Of a stretch of DNA of 64,000 bases, positions 26,888-39,814 are shown piece after piece. The notes below the pieces were generated by a model. It was given only the letters and a program-made list of their open reading frames with translations, did no database searches and was not told the DNA's origin. The stretch spans positions 351,788,001 through 351,852,000 of the forward strand of contig OZ024743.1 in the NCBI GenBank assembly GCA_964016885.1, written 5' to 3'. The position numbers were made by a program, and so were the translations under genes. Source of the stretch: Eledone cirrhosa. Its lineage: Eukaryota. Position 1 is the stretch's first letter; every line of letters starts with the position of its first letter.

Positions 26888-27305
26888 GGACTGTCTGTCT
26901 GCCTGCCTATATATGTACCTACTTACCTATCTATCTATCTATCTGTCTGTCTGTCTACCTACCTATCTACCTGCCTACCTACATACCTATGCACTTACCT
27001 ACCTACCCACCCACCTATCTATCTATCTGTCTGTCTATTTGACTGCCTGTCTAGCTGTCTGTCTGCCTACATACCTACTTACTTACCTACTTGTTAGCCT
27101 GTCTACCTGCCTGAGAGATGCATCTATTTTTGGACAAGAACAACAGTTAAAACAGCAAACCACAAACCCCAATAGCAGTCCTAAGATAGATAGATAAGTA
27201 GGCAAATAGGTAGACAGGTAGGCAAATAGATAGGTAAGCACACATGCAGACAGTCAGAGAGGTAGGTAAATAGGCAGGCAGACAGGTGACAGGTTGGTAG
27301 ACAGG
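26888..27305. repeat. Compound tetranucleotide microsatellite (TCTG/CCTA/TCTA) followed by its complementary type (AGAT/AGGC)
   Basis: Seen directly in the sequence. Confidence 0.8.
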
Positions 27306-27329
27306 CCAATGTCATTGTAATTTAGTGCA

Positions 27330-28160
27330 TATATCTTTTGATAATGAAAATATGTTCAATGGAACTTGTGGCAGGTTCTGCAGAAGTGTGGGATTGACAG
27401 ACTGCTTCTTGTTGCTTTAAAGTCTTTATACAAATTCCCTGGTATTTGTGTTCAGATAATGGGTTAAAGCTATTCAATGTGGATGTTGAATGCAGTCAAG
27501 GGCGCATATTGTCTCCTCTCCTGTTCATAATTTTCATAAATAGTATTGACATATGCTCCCAGGTTGGAACTGGTGGGTTTTGGATTAGTCAGCTGGAATT
27601 TGCAGACATCACGGTGCCACCTAACTCATTGGAAAGTGATTTATGACATTCACTGGATAGGTTTGCTGCCGAGTGCTGCATTGCAGAAACGAAAATCAGT
27701 TCTGTGAAAACTGAGACATTCATCCTTTCAAAAAATCCTGCACAGTGCACTCTGCATGTGAGTGGAGTTACACCGAAGCAGGTGAAGTTCAAGTATCTCA
27801 GGGCTGTTTTCATGAATGATGGAAGGCAGCAGACTTAATTATAGGAACTGGTGCAGTAATGTGTTAGCTTCAGTACTTGGTCATCAAAAGAAGAGAAGTA
27901 GATGTAAAACTCAAACTTGCTATCTTCAATTTAGTATTCATGTCTACTCTTACCTATGGTCATGAAGGGGTTCCTCAAAAGGGTCTTTGAAGGAACATTA
28001 CTTGATAGAGTGTGTAGCTCAGAGATCAGGAAATCACTCCAGATAGAGCCGCTACTTCTCCAAATTGAAAGATCATAGCTCTGGTACTAGAAACATGTGA
28101 TTAGATTGCCTCAGGAAAAAATCACTGGACAGATTTTACAAGCAAAATCAACCAGTAGTA
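27330..28160 (+). mobile_element. Old RTE-like LINE RT fragment
   Basis: QGRILSPLLFIIF, LEFAD, KFKYLRAVF and LTYGHE remnants. Confidence 0.75.
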
Positions 28161-28261
28161 TCAGACTTAATTTCAATTAAGAACCATTTGAAATTATGTG
28201 ATATAACACACTTGGGGGTGGTGATGAAGATTATTATGATGAAATCTAATCTTTTTTACAG

Positions 28262-28555
28262 GCTCTACAGCGTGAACATTTGGACTGTCCCATTTGCGTG
28301 ACTTCAATAACTCATGATAATGAACCAATTCTTGAAACAGAGTCTAAATTTGATTTGGATTCCAAAACTCAAAATCTCCCTGGAGTATCACACATATCAA
28401 ATCCACCTAAACGACTAGCTTTGCTCCTGTCCTGTTCCCATGTTTTCCACAAAACCTGCTTGGAGACATTTGAATCTTTTATGAGAGATTCTAATCAAAT
28501 AGTATGTCCCGTGTGCAGGTCATTGTACAGCAAAAAGATATTGTCAGGCATCTAA
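28262..28555 (+). CDS. RNF32: RNF32 terminal coding exon (RING-H2 no. 2)
   Basis: tttacAG|GCTCTACAG; ALQREHLDCPIC...ALLLSCSHVFHKTCLETFESF...CPVCRSLYSKKILSGI*. AATAAA at about 28674. Confidence 0.92.
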   Translation, partial: ALQREHLDCPICVTSITHDNEPILETESKFDLDSKTQNLPGVSHISNPPKRLALLLSCSHVFHKTCLETFESFMRDSNQIVCPVCRSLYSKKILSGI

Positions 28556-28736
28556 ATATTCACAGTTGATTCAAAAGTGTACCAATATATATGTGTATAT
28601 ATATATATATCATCATCATCATCATCATTTTACATCTGCTTTTCCCTCTAAACGGAAATAACAAAAATAACAAAATAAACGGCACAGTACATGGAAGAAA
28701 TATATTAGTTTAATGCTTGAAATAGCAGAGAGAGAG

Positions 28737-28772
28737 TCTTAACGTTTCGGTCACTAGTCCTTCATCAGAAGA
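28737..28772 (-). ncRNA. Minimal type I hammerhead ribozyme motif (Penelope-type)
   Basis: Minus strand reads TCTT-CTGATGA-A-GG-ACTAGTGA-CC-GAAAC-GTT-AAGA: 4-bp stem I and palindromic ACGT stem III. Confidence 0.75.
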
Positions 28773-29032
28773 TAGAGTTGGAAATAGAAGATAAATAGCA
28801 AATAAAGAATGGTGAGAAGGAATGGGGAAAATGAGAAGAAAAATTAGGGAGAAAAAAAACACACATGCGTATTCAGTCAGCCATATATATACATATAGTA
28901 ATCCATATACACATATGGAATAGACTGAGAAAAAGTGTAGTTTTACAGTAGGGATGCATTGAAATTTATCTATTTTTACTTTTCAAAATGTTTAGAGATA
29001 TATCAGTTTTATTCCAGATGAAATTTTATATA

Positions 29033-29212
29033 CCGTATATGCCGGCGTGCAAGTTGATCTGGCACATAGGTCGACCCCTAAAATTCTGAGTTGTAGTTCA
29101 AATGAAGCAGCACGCATACTTCCATATGTTATATTCGGCGGACAAGTTGACTCCTGGTTTCAGCGAGATATTTTAAAGCTCCAAATGTTGACTTGTACGC
29201 CGGCAAATACGG
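29033..29212. mobile_element. Pogo/Tigger-like MITE, second family
   Basis: TA-CCGTATATGCCGGCGTGCAAG ... CTTGTACGCCGGCAAATACGG-TA. Confidence 0.8.
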
Positions 29213-30433
29213 TAATTAATATTTGTCTGTAACTAAATGGGAATCATGAATACACTTATATACTGATTTACTAAGTCTATGAGAATGATTTTTTTTTTTT
29301 TAGTTAAACTTTAATTCTCTTCATCAGAATTTACTATAGACATGACAAATAGTTTGATACTTTACAATTTTGAGTTTAAAAATTCCATTATCCTATTAGT
29401 AATAAGGAAAGAGTAAGATTCATAAGTGTTATTTTTCTAAAAGTCAGAACTTTTTTTTTCGCCAACTTTGTATATAAAATTAAATGGTATTGCTAATTTT
29501 GCAGAGATGAAAAAAATTTAATTGGAATAAAAATAAAGGGAATAAGCGAAAGATTTACAATGTGAAATAGTAATTACACTAATGATTATTTATATTATAC
29601 TAATTTCTTACATTGTTACATGAGCTCACATTTTTAGGAGAAGGATCTGGGTTGATTTATTTGACTTTGTACATACATCCTCAAGGTATGTACTGACAAA
29701 GCTGACTTAGACAGGATTTGAACTCGGGATAATACTAAATACTGAAAAAGTAATTTATTTCAGAATTTTACTATTACTGCTACTTTGTTTCAAAAATATC
29801 TAATCAAACAGAACAAGGAAATAACAGAAACACAGTATTAAAATAACAAAACACCTGGTAAGTTGAGTTCAACAGTTAAAAGCCATGTAAATGTACTGTG
29901 TCAACATCATAGTTACTGAATACTTAACTCCATTAACTGATCTATGATGTGTTAATATTTTGACCAAATGCATAATAGAAAGCAAAACAGAATTTATGGA
30001 TTCCAAACACGATGCAACATTATTCAGTTTAGATATAATTTTCCTCTATGTACAAAAAAGAAAAATCTTATAGTGTAAATAGAAAAAAAATAAACCAAAT
30101 AAAACCAAATATAATCTTTTGTTACATTTTATAAAATCTACAAAGCTATTTATAAATAATTATAACCATTCTTGCCTTTCTGTTACCATAAAGCTATAGA
30201 GGCTTGCATAGGCTGAACATGTGAAATGTTAAAATGAACCTGCTGGCAACGTTCTCTGGAAACCAGATGTGGTGTGCACACAGAAGAAATATATTTGAAG
30301 ATGGCACTGGATTTGAAGCATGGGAACTTCACATGGCAATGCTGGACAGGGTGAGCTAGAGGAATAACTTTGCCATAGCACCAGTAATGGATGTAACATA
30401 GATAGATAAATGTATATATATATACATATTATA

Positions 30434-30652
30434 CTAGCAAAAGAATCCATTATTGCCGGGCACACCTTTCGCCACTGTAAATAAAGACCCTCTCTCTCAT
30501 GGTCGTATTAAAATGGCCCCAGAACTCTGCTATTTTAGGTGGCATGCTTCCAAAGCTAAATAACCTATGTATCAAATTTGAACAAAATCGGATGGAAACT
30601 GTGGAAATGCATCAACTGCATACTGACAGACATTTTCATTTTTATATATAGA
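30434..30652 (-). mobile_element. Short non-autonomous Helitron
   Basis: Minus-strand 5' TCTATATATAAAAATGAAAATGTCTGTC and 3' CCCGGC..hairpin remnant..TGCTAG|T. Confidence 0.7.
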
Positions 30653-31689
30653 GCTTTCTTTGTATAGTTTTGATGATTTGTAAAATTCATACCAAAAATA
30701 AAAGAAGGAAGAAGGAACTCTTTATTCTTGTCAGGGACATTGTATTAGAGGCACAATAAAATCTGCTGTAAAGTGGTTTGTGTTAAGAAAGGCATCTAGT
30801 TTAAAAACCAAAAAGGAATGAAGAATGATATCAACATTTGGTAAAGAAGACACTTTACCATGACTCCAGCACTGCCACCTTACAGGGTGGATTGGATGCT
30901 TTTTGTAAAGGTATCAGCCCTATTTTTTTACAGTGCAAACTAGGTGCTTTACATCATGGCACTAGCACTACCACTTTACAGAGTGGACTGGTGCTTTTTC
31001 ATCGTAGAACCAGCACTGGGGAACTCTAGATGGTAGTGGTGGGTAGGGGTCTTACCACCATGGGAGAAAAAGAATCAGGTCATGGAGGTGGCCTTGAAGA
31101 GAGTGAGCTGCATCTAGCAGTATATTGTGAGGTGTGGCATGCTTTCCATGTTGGCAAGGGCTGGACAAAAAAGTGAATCAGGGATGTGTGTGGGAATAAA
31201 GAGTACATCTTTCTTCCATGCTGATTGGGTAAGAAAGGTGAAAAGGGGATGTGGAGGGTGAGAGTTGAAGTCCAATATGGATGGGGGAACACGCATACAC
31301 ACATATATATATATCAACCATAATAATACACTGTGTTTGTATATGTATTACATATCTCCATCTATAACTCTTTAAAATTTACCAACACAAATATTCATAC
31401 ATACATACAATGTATTTCTTATCTCAGTCATAATAGAAGCAAAAATAAAAAAATAAGCAAATGCATAGATACATATATAAAAATAGACACATGGACACCC
31501 GACAAATATATATTAAGTATAAACATATCTATAACATGATAATATTTCTCCCACAAACCTCTATCACTTACACCTTAAAACATATATATGTATAATAATA
31601 GCTTTTATATTATGTATGCCGAGTTTGGGATGGTCAACATTTGGTTTGCTGAATTTAGAGGGTGGGTTGCATTTTGGTTTGACTTTAAA

Positions 31690-32080
31690 AAAGGAACATC
31701 CATCATGTTATCAAGGAATTTGGACCCACCTAGACTATGCAATAGCACTCAATTGGTTGTAAAAAAAATGTATCTACATATGATTCAATTTAACATTTCA
31801 ACAAGATGTAGTAACAGAAAGGGTGTTTGTCCCAAGAATCCCTCTGATGTCCCATTTGAATTGAAACGACTTCAATATCCAGTGAGTTTTAGTTTTGCCA
31901 TGACCATGAACAAATTGCAAAAGCAAACATTTTCAGTTGCTAGTTTATAGCTTGAAGAGCCCTGCTTCACCCATGGTCAGCTTCATGTCGGATGTTTAAG
32001 AGTAGAAAGGAAGAAAAATCTTTACATCTATGCACCAAATGGCAAAAAAAAAAAAAATATTGTTTATCAAGAAGTGATAA
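31690..32080 (+). pseudogene. Helitron Pif1-helicase C-terminal relic
   Basis: IMLSRNLDPPRLCNSTQLVV, FELKRLQYPV, FAMTMNK, CFTHGQLHVG, NIVYQEV. Confidence 0.85.
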
Positions 32081-32299
32081 AGTGTCCCAAATAATATAGA
32101 AATTCATCCTGATCAAGAGAACTATCCAGCAAAGAAGACCTTAATGAAGAATGAAGAAAGAAAAGAATTCCTTTCATGCATAATTCTGGATATTTGCATT
32201 CCTAATAAATAAGCTTCAACTTACTATTTGTTTTTTCTCAATTAGCTTTATTTTTTTTCTTGTTCTTCTTACCCAACCCATCAGATAAACAAAATAAAG

Positions 32300-33260
32300 T
32301 CAGTTTCTCGTCCTTTCTCCTATGCTACGGGCTGTTTCACCTATGTATGTTATATTCTTTTTTCTACACTGTCCCTCAGTACATCTTATACTGTATACTA
32401 TGTTCCTAGTTTTGCAGTTAATTTGCAGCCTATGCATTTCCTATCCCCTTGTGCTGATAGGAAATGCATAGTCTGCAAGCTAAGTCCACAAATTAACTGC
32501 AAAACTAGGAACGTAGTATATAGTACAAGATGTTCTGAGTGACAGTGTAGGAATAAGAATATAACATACATGGGTGAAACAGACTGTAGCATAGGAGAAA
32601 AGATAAGTGAACACTGGCGAGAACTCCAGGATGGGAAAAACTCATCAGTACTCCAGCATGCCAAAATAGAATATAGGGGCACATTAGAGAACATGGAGAT
32701 AAAAATTATATCCACACACAGAAAAGATGCAATGCTCAAGCAAATCACAGAGGTGACAATTATAAACAAACCCCAACCAGAATTAAATAGAAAATATGAG
32801 TGGAATAGCAACATCACAGCTAGTAATTAAGGACAAAATGAAGACATACAGACACACACACACACAAAACTAACAAAACAAATCAGACACACCGATAGAA
32901 CAAACAACCATCTAGTGACAAATAAATAAATAAAAACACACACACCCGAATGTAACACATGCGCAAACTGAGCACACAACACACAAAAGCAAGATGGTGT
33001 AAGACAGAACAAAGGAGAGGCACACAAAAAATAAAAACTTAGTCACTGAGGAGGTCATAGAATGTGTGACGAGATAGCTTTGACACTATATAAACAACCT
33101 TCCGGTTATTGAACCAACCAACCAGCCAACCGGAAATTTATAATAAATTGAAGTGAAAACCAACAGGTGTGTGGGTTTTTCACACATTGGAAACATGACT
33201 CTCATAAAGTATAACAACGCATGTTTTCAGATAAGAAATCTCACAAAACAAATTCAAAAA
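32300..33260 (+). mobile_element. 5'-truncated Penelope-like element (GIY-YIG endonuclease + pLTR) with a 5' inverted duplication
   Basis: CIVC..NCKTRNVVY..C...YMGET..EKISEH..SSVLQH..ITE..I...PELNRKYEW. Hammerhead-like motif at 33042. About 32300-32428 is an inverted copy of about 32490-32620. Confidence 0.85.
33042..33084 (+). ncRNA. Hammerhead-like motif with a mutated core (GAAA to GAGA)
   Basis: GTCA-CTGAGGA-G-GTCA-loop-TGAC-GAGA-TAGC-TT-TGAC, downstream of the GIY-YIG ORF. Confidence 0.55.
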
Positions 33261-33280
33261 CGAATATATATATATATATA

Positions 33281-34992
33281 CCAAAAGTGTGTGCAGCCAG
33301 AGAACACCTGAAAGCCACCAAGGACCAATTCCATGCTGATCTTTGATACTATGGAGGAGATAAAGGAAGAACTCTGAACTGCTTACACTGAGGCCAGAGA
33401 TGAGACACCGATAGAGAAGATCATAAGTGTGGAAAGAGCGTTTGACAGGTATAAGTATAAAAAGAGCTGGACGGTCATCAATGAGATCACAGGGAGGAAG
33501 AGGGAGTTTGAGGCAGATCCAGGGAAGAGGAAATGGCTGGACCTTTTAAAGACCCTACTAGGAGAGCCACCTTCCACAGCCCAGAACACTGGGGAGATCA
33601 GACAGCTGTTTGAAGAACTGGATATTGAGACAGGACCCTTCACCGGAGAGTAGCTTCAGAGAGCCAAGAAGAAGATCAAGGAAAGCAAAGCCCATGGAGA
33701 AGATGAAGTGACATCAGAGGTGATGAAGAGGTGTGATTTTTATATCATCCTTGAGTTCTGTAAGCAGGCACTGGAGAAAGGAGTTGCCCTGGTTCAGTGG
33801 AGGATCAGTAACATCGTTCCAGTACCAAAGAAGGGAGATCTCTCTAACACCAACTACTACAGGGGGATCTCACTAACATCACTTGTGGCAAAGATCCTCG
33901 ACAGGGTGATTTTTAACAGGATCCAGCCCAAGATGGAGAAGAAGCTCAGGGACAACCAGAACGGCTTCAGAGAGGGAAGATAAACCACTAGTCACATCTT
34001 GACGCTGGGGAAAATTTTAAAAGGAGCTAGAGCAAAGAGCCTTCCTGCTGTCATGGTTTTCATTGACTTCAGGAAGGCCTTTGATTCTGTGGACTGTCAC
34101 TTCCTGATGAAGATCTTACAGGCTTATGGAATCACCAAGAAGATAGTGGACCTAATATCACTGCTCTACACTGACACCAGAGGAGATACATTGGCTCCCT
34201 ACCTTTTATCATCACAGTGGACTATTGGATGCACCTTGCACTGGAGAAACATCAGGACTCGGGCTTTACTGTAGTACTGACTCAGAAGTAGGCAGAGGAG
34301 TTGATGCAGGAAGTGGAGACTGTGTCAATGAATGTGGGGCTGAGAATGAATGAGAATAAGATGAAGTATCTGTTAGAGAACATTAAGAAGCCAGAAAAGA
34401 TTATGAATGTAGGGGGGAAGCTACTAGATTTGTTTGAGGACTTCGTGTATCTGGGAGCAAAGACTGGAAACACAGAGGATGATGTGGTGGAGAGGAAGAG
34501 CAAAGCCTGGGTGGCATGTCACAGTTTGAGGTCTGTATGGAAGTCAGACCTTCCTAAAGACTTGAAGATCCATCTCTTCGTTGCTACAATGGAGTCTGTG
34601 CTGCTGTACACTTGGACACTGACCAAGAGGTTCACCCAGATGATGGATGGGAGCTAAATGAGAATGCTGAGGATGGCTCTGAACATTAATCAGTATACAC
34701 TGAGGATGAAAAACTCAGAGCTGTATGGGAGCCTCCCAAAAGTCAGCTCAAAAGTGACACAGAGGAGACTGAGGTTAGCTGGACATGCTCACTGACATCC
34801 AGAGTTGGCATTGCACTCAGTGCTCCTGTGGGAGCCCCAACACGGACACACTAGAAGGAGACCAAGAATGAAATATATTGATGCCCTAAGGACAGACACT
34901 GGTCTCTAGGAGATGCAGGACATGGCGGTGATGATGAAGGACAGAGATTGCTGGAGAGAACTCGTCCATGGATCTCGGGAATTTTACCCGCC
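33281..34992 (+). mobile_element. Decayed RTE-like LINE between TA runs
   Basis: VPVPKKGDLS, YRGISL, NQNGFR, FIDFRKAFDS, FVYLG, ESVLLY and RRLRLAGH remnants. Confidence 0.85.
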
Positions 34993-35778
34993 CTATATAT
35001 ATATATATATATATACATAATGTGTGTTGTTTGCGTATATGTGTGTTGTTCATTTGAGTACATGATCAAGTTGCTGTGTGAGATTCTGCAAAGTTGCTTG
35101 ACCTCTTCAATATAACACCAAATTGCCTTCAGACATTTCCGTATGGTTATCCAATTGGAAACTACACCTTTGATATAAATAGTAATAGTATTATATTAGT
35201 ACCTTGAATTTGGCATCAGCATTCCTCTTCAGAATGGTATAAACGTTATATTGAAAGCTTTCATTAAGAACAAATATTGTAATAATTATATTTAATATTC
35301 CCTATAAAGAAATACGTAAAATGTGTAATTTCTGAAGAAACTTTGTGAGTGAATCTGAACTTAGAAATGATACAATGAATTAATTAAGTAAAATTTCTAA
35401 AGTTTTCATATAGAACAGTTGAGGATTAATTTTATCTATCTTAACTAAGAATGTGTGAGAATTTTATTGAAGTAAAATCTCAACGTTTTGTCCTTTGCTT
35501 TAAAGTAAACATATATCACAACCCCTCCTTTCATACAGTTTAAACATTTCTTCAACTTCAAATAACATTAAAAATATATTTATCCAAGTATATTATGATT
35601 ATAAACTTCGCAATTTTAGCCTCGAAGTCACCTTGCTAAATCTAATATATTTTAAATATTTTGCCAAAGCTCTTAAACATTCATTTGCGGGTTAGCAACT
35701 TTTAGTAGATACGGCTAAGGACTCTGTGAAATAATGGTTGACATTTGTGATCAACTTCGATTAATAAGTCTATACCGC

Positions 35779-35846
35779 AAAATGGCTGCCAAATCCGGCA
35801 TGTAATGTATATTAGCGCCTAGTTTTGATCAATATCTTCGGTGAGT
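35779..35846 (+). promoter_or_regulatory. Putative promoter-proximal non-coding first exon of the FASTKD gene with a YY1-like motif
   Basis: AAAATGGCTGCC at 35779-35790 in a locally CpG-richer patch, and a strong donor CG|GTGAGT at 35841. A matching acceptor TTTTACAG ends at 39799. Confidence 0.55.
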
Positions 35847-38800
35847 TGTATGATTTCTTTTTCATTGAAAATTGACACTTATAGTAGTAGAAATAAATTT
35901 ATAGAATTTTAATTTGTCTCATTGTCAAATGTATTCTGTTAAGTTTAGTAGTACCGGTAATTGTGATTACACTCCCTCATCTTCCTCCTTCTCGTATAAT
36001 ATCTTCATAAGACATCAATTTATTGCAAAAAAAGTATTGATGTATAGCCTTTGCACATTACTAATCTATACACCCGATACATTATATATATATACACACA
36101 CACATTCATATCAACGTGTTTTCTTATAACTGTACATATTTGCGTAAAAAAAATAACCGACCACACTTTCTCCCGTGATTATTATTAATAGCTAACATTA
36201 TAATTATTTTGTTTCTAATTTCCCTATTGTCATTTTTCACCAGTTCAATTCGGGTAAATTAAGTAAGAGCACTTAATATTTCTATGTCTGAATAGATTAC
36301 ATTTTGTCATTCTTCGTCCTTATAAACTGCTGTTTTCTTACTTATCATCGCTGTCGCATGATCACCTTCATAACAAGTTGTTTAGTGTGATCCTAATTTT
36401 TAGATTTTATTTTTTTCGGTCAGTTTGTCCGCTTTCATTCTGGGCAACATCATAACTGGTGATTATACACAGCTATACTATTATTTTAACCCCAGGTTAG
36501 TCTTGATGTAGCAGACATGAAGACAGGTGTTCTAGATATACCCATCATGTCATTTGTTTAGATAGTGTATCTTGGGCTACCTTATTAAACACATCCCTTT
36601 TTTAAGATGATAAGATGGGATATAAAGGAACTTTGGCTGCTATTTCTAGCACGTCAAGCGACCACATAGAAACTCTCGATGGCTCATATAGAAAATGTGC
36701 GAACCACAAGACTTAACAGAATTATGCACCTGTGTCTTAAATACTATGCTCTATTGCTTCAAGTTAATTAATTCCTTACTCTCTTCCAACTCTCGACTTC
36801 AACTTTGTTGGTCTTTAGCCCCTGCATGCACCACATCCCACATATATATATATACGTTTACACATACACGAGAGTAATTCTAATTCTATCTGTGATTCTA
36901 GTTCATTTCAAAGACAACATCCAATTTATATAATATATTCTGTTTATTAAAATACCCGACTTAATAGTCCATTCGTTTTGACGTATACTGCAAGAATTGG
37001 GTGTTACATTTGAAATGTCAGTAATTTTGTCATAATAAACTTAATAATATATATAATGACCTAATGTAATTCCCACGTTAGATATTGTTTCTAGTTTTAG
37101 TCCTCATCTCAATAAATACTTTACATTCCTTTCGTCTTCTGATATGAAATTTTCACAACTGATAATTATTTATGCAGAATGTCGGCTGATCATTCCAGTG
37201 ATTTAAGAAAATATGTTAATGTTCGTACTATTAAATTTTTATACGTCGCTATTCTTTCGAAGATAGATGATTTATTCGCTAATACAAAGTGTATCTGTGT
37301 TTTTTTTTTAATGTTTTCAATTAGCCTTGATAAAATCCATTCATATTCCGTGTTACATATATCGTTATTATGTGACCTTTGTCATTCGGCGAAACTACAT
37401 AGCTTCAAGTTTCAGATTAGCTGTTTGTTTGTATTTGTAAATTAGGAGTATTAAAGAACCATCCTCTTGTCAAAACAACACTTGAACAAATGTCTTTTTT
37501 TGCAATCAGAAATCGTATCACTGATTTTTTAACTACGTCATTTTCACATGTTCAATGAGAGATATAAACTTGACACTTTAGAAAGGGGAAACTAAAGGTC
37601 ATATGAATATATTTAATCGAAGATGTTAGAAAAGTGATTAGAGGGTGGTACCCTCCATATCGATGGATTCTACCGACAAATGAAAGCTGGTAAATCTATT
37701 TACAAAATTATCTCCTGTGATTATGGGGAAATAAATGTAAATACTGCACATTAAAAAAAATCTTTTGCACTATTTTTCTTTATTACTCTCCAACACTTGC
37801 ACCAGGCCTCGTGTAAAGCTGTCACATGTAAAATGTAGGACCTTAAAACTGGTAATAGGCTTCAGCTAGCTTTGAAATGTAGACTCCATTTAAACCGGTT
37901 AAGTATTTTAGTAGTGTTGGTTACGGGTTTATATATATGCAGTGTACATAATATACTACAAAATAATATATAACTGAATAATAGAATTAAAACATGAAGG
38001 AGGTCCCTTAAAATTGTATGTCCATGCCAATTTGCCTACCTATCCAACCTTTCTGGTCAGGCTTACCTGTTTTCTTTGGAATTATCTAACAATTCTTTAA
38101 TTATAAATATGTATATGTGTTTTTACAGTTTTTTTCCCTTAATCTGAATAGAAGCAATGTCTATTGCTTCTTCAGTCTCCTTTACTATGAGCGATAGGAA
38201 TAGCTGGATGATGTCAAAGTGGTTAATGTTCAATAGTTGGTGAAGAGGGGAGGTTAAACACACACAGAGAAGGGATTTCAAAGGGGTGTATTATGTGGAA
38301 GATGATTAGACATGGCATAAATAAAGTCTCTCTGTAGGCTCCTTCACTTAATCTAGTATGTGTTAGTGAGAGGCGTCGGCCTTAAATGAGAGTAAAAGCA
38401 GATATGACTTATAAGTTCAGGTCCTTAAATATACATCTTTGCTGACAAACCTTTTTTGTCAGAACCTGCAGATATATAGTGGCACAAATTAGGACCAGCA
38501 TGTGAAGAGTTTAGATAATTTTCATATTAATTAGATGTCATTTTCGTTTTAGTTATTCAGTCCCATGTTAATCCTAATGAAGCAGACTTATCATCAAAAG
38601 TATTCTGGTTATGTGTATCTCATTTTCCTCTCACATTATCCATTATGTTTTTTTCTAAGATGGTGGGATGTGATTTTAGGAAAATTTGGCTACTATTTTT
38701 AGCAGGCTGAGTAACCACATAGGGTTCCTGCATTGGCTTCTTTTAGTAGTTAGAGCAGGATGGGCATCATCATCATATCTATGAATTTTGCATGCCATCA

Positions 38801-39814
38801 TAGACTGATAAGATCAAGTTCAAACTTAACAATGTTATTGAGTTGGAATTTAAGTAGGAAAAAATGTCAACAAAAGACATAACACAACAATAGAGCTGCA
38901 TCTGTGCAAAGGAATTATTGAATTATTAGACAAAAGGTATAATGCAGAGTCAGGTGTTAAGTTAAAGTTGGCATGATGGAAGAACAGGCACATGTATTGC
39001 ATGGGCTAGTGCAGAGATTGTATGCTGTTTGTTACTTCACAGGATGTTGTAGTAGATGTAGAAGAGTAAGATGTTACTGTGAACCAGATAGTTACATCTT
39101 GGTGTGTGTGAGTGAGATTAATCGATCTAATGGATTTGGGATGGAAAAGTGGGCATAAGATATTTGTGTGTTGCATTATTGATCCCGATATATGAACAGT
39201 ACTCTCATCTTACTTAAGATTGTTTAGTGACTGATCAAAGCTGGTGTATTTTCTGGTCTTAGAAAGGAAGGAATCTTAGTCTTTGAGCTGCAGATTTAGA
39301 AATGTTATTATATGTAAGGTTACCAATAAGAAACATCAGAGACTGCAAGGCCTAGCATTTCCAGTAGTTTGAGATTTTAATTGTGTGGTGTTTGTTGGTG
39401 AGGAGGATGTAGTACAATGTTGTTTCCTTATTATGGATAGTGATTGTTTGTGTCTTTGTGTTGTTGAAAGAGACCAGGTTGTCATGGGAGAATTCTTTTA
39501 TTGTATGTTAAAGTTTATGTTGCAAAGTTTTATATAGCCCAAAGAATTTCCTTCAAACAGCATGGGTTGGGTAGGTTGTTCTTGTTCCTAATTCAATCAA
39601 AAAGAAAAGAAATCTGTTTTTGAGATATTATAGAACAAATAGATGAGAGTGTTATCTTGATCCCAAAACACAAAGCTTCCAATAGTGTTTACTCATTGTC
39701 CTTTATTGGTTAAAATGATCCTTCATATTAAATTGACTTTTTTTTTTGTTATTTGTATCTCATTAAATAACTTGTGTAAAAATGTTTCTTCTTTTACAGT
39801 TTCAAGTGTTTTCT

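Noticed and set aside
26856-27197. 113-aa ORF with a YL/TY repeat
   Set aside because: Translation of a tetranucleotide microsatellite.
39782-39814. ORF-track start MFLLLQFQVFS of the 485-aa ORF
   Set aside because: The first codons are the polypyrimidine tract and AG acceptor (39798-39799). The ORF's last codons (GMF*) likewise run past the donor at 41229.
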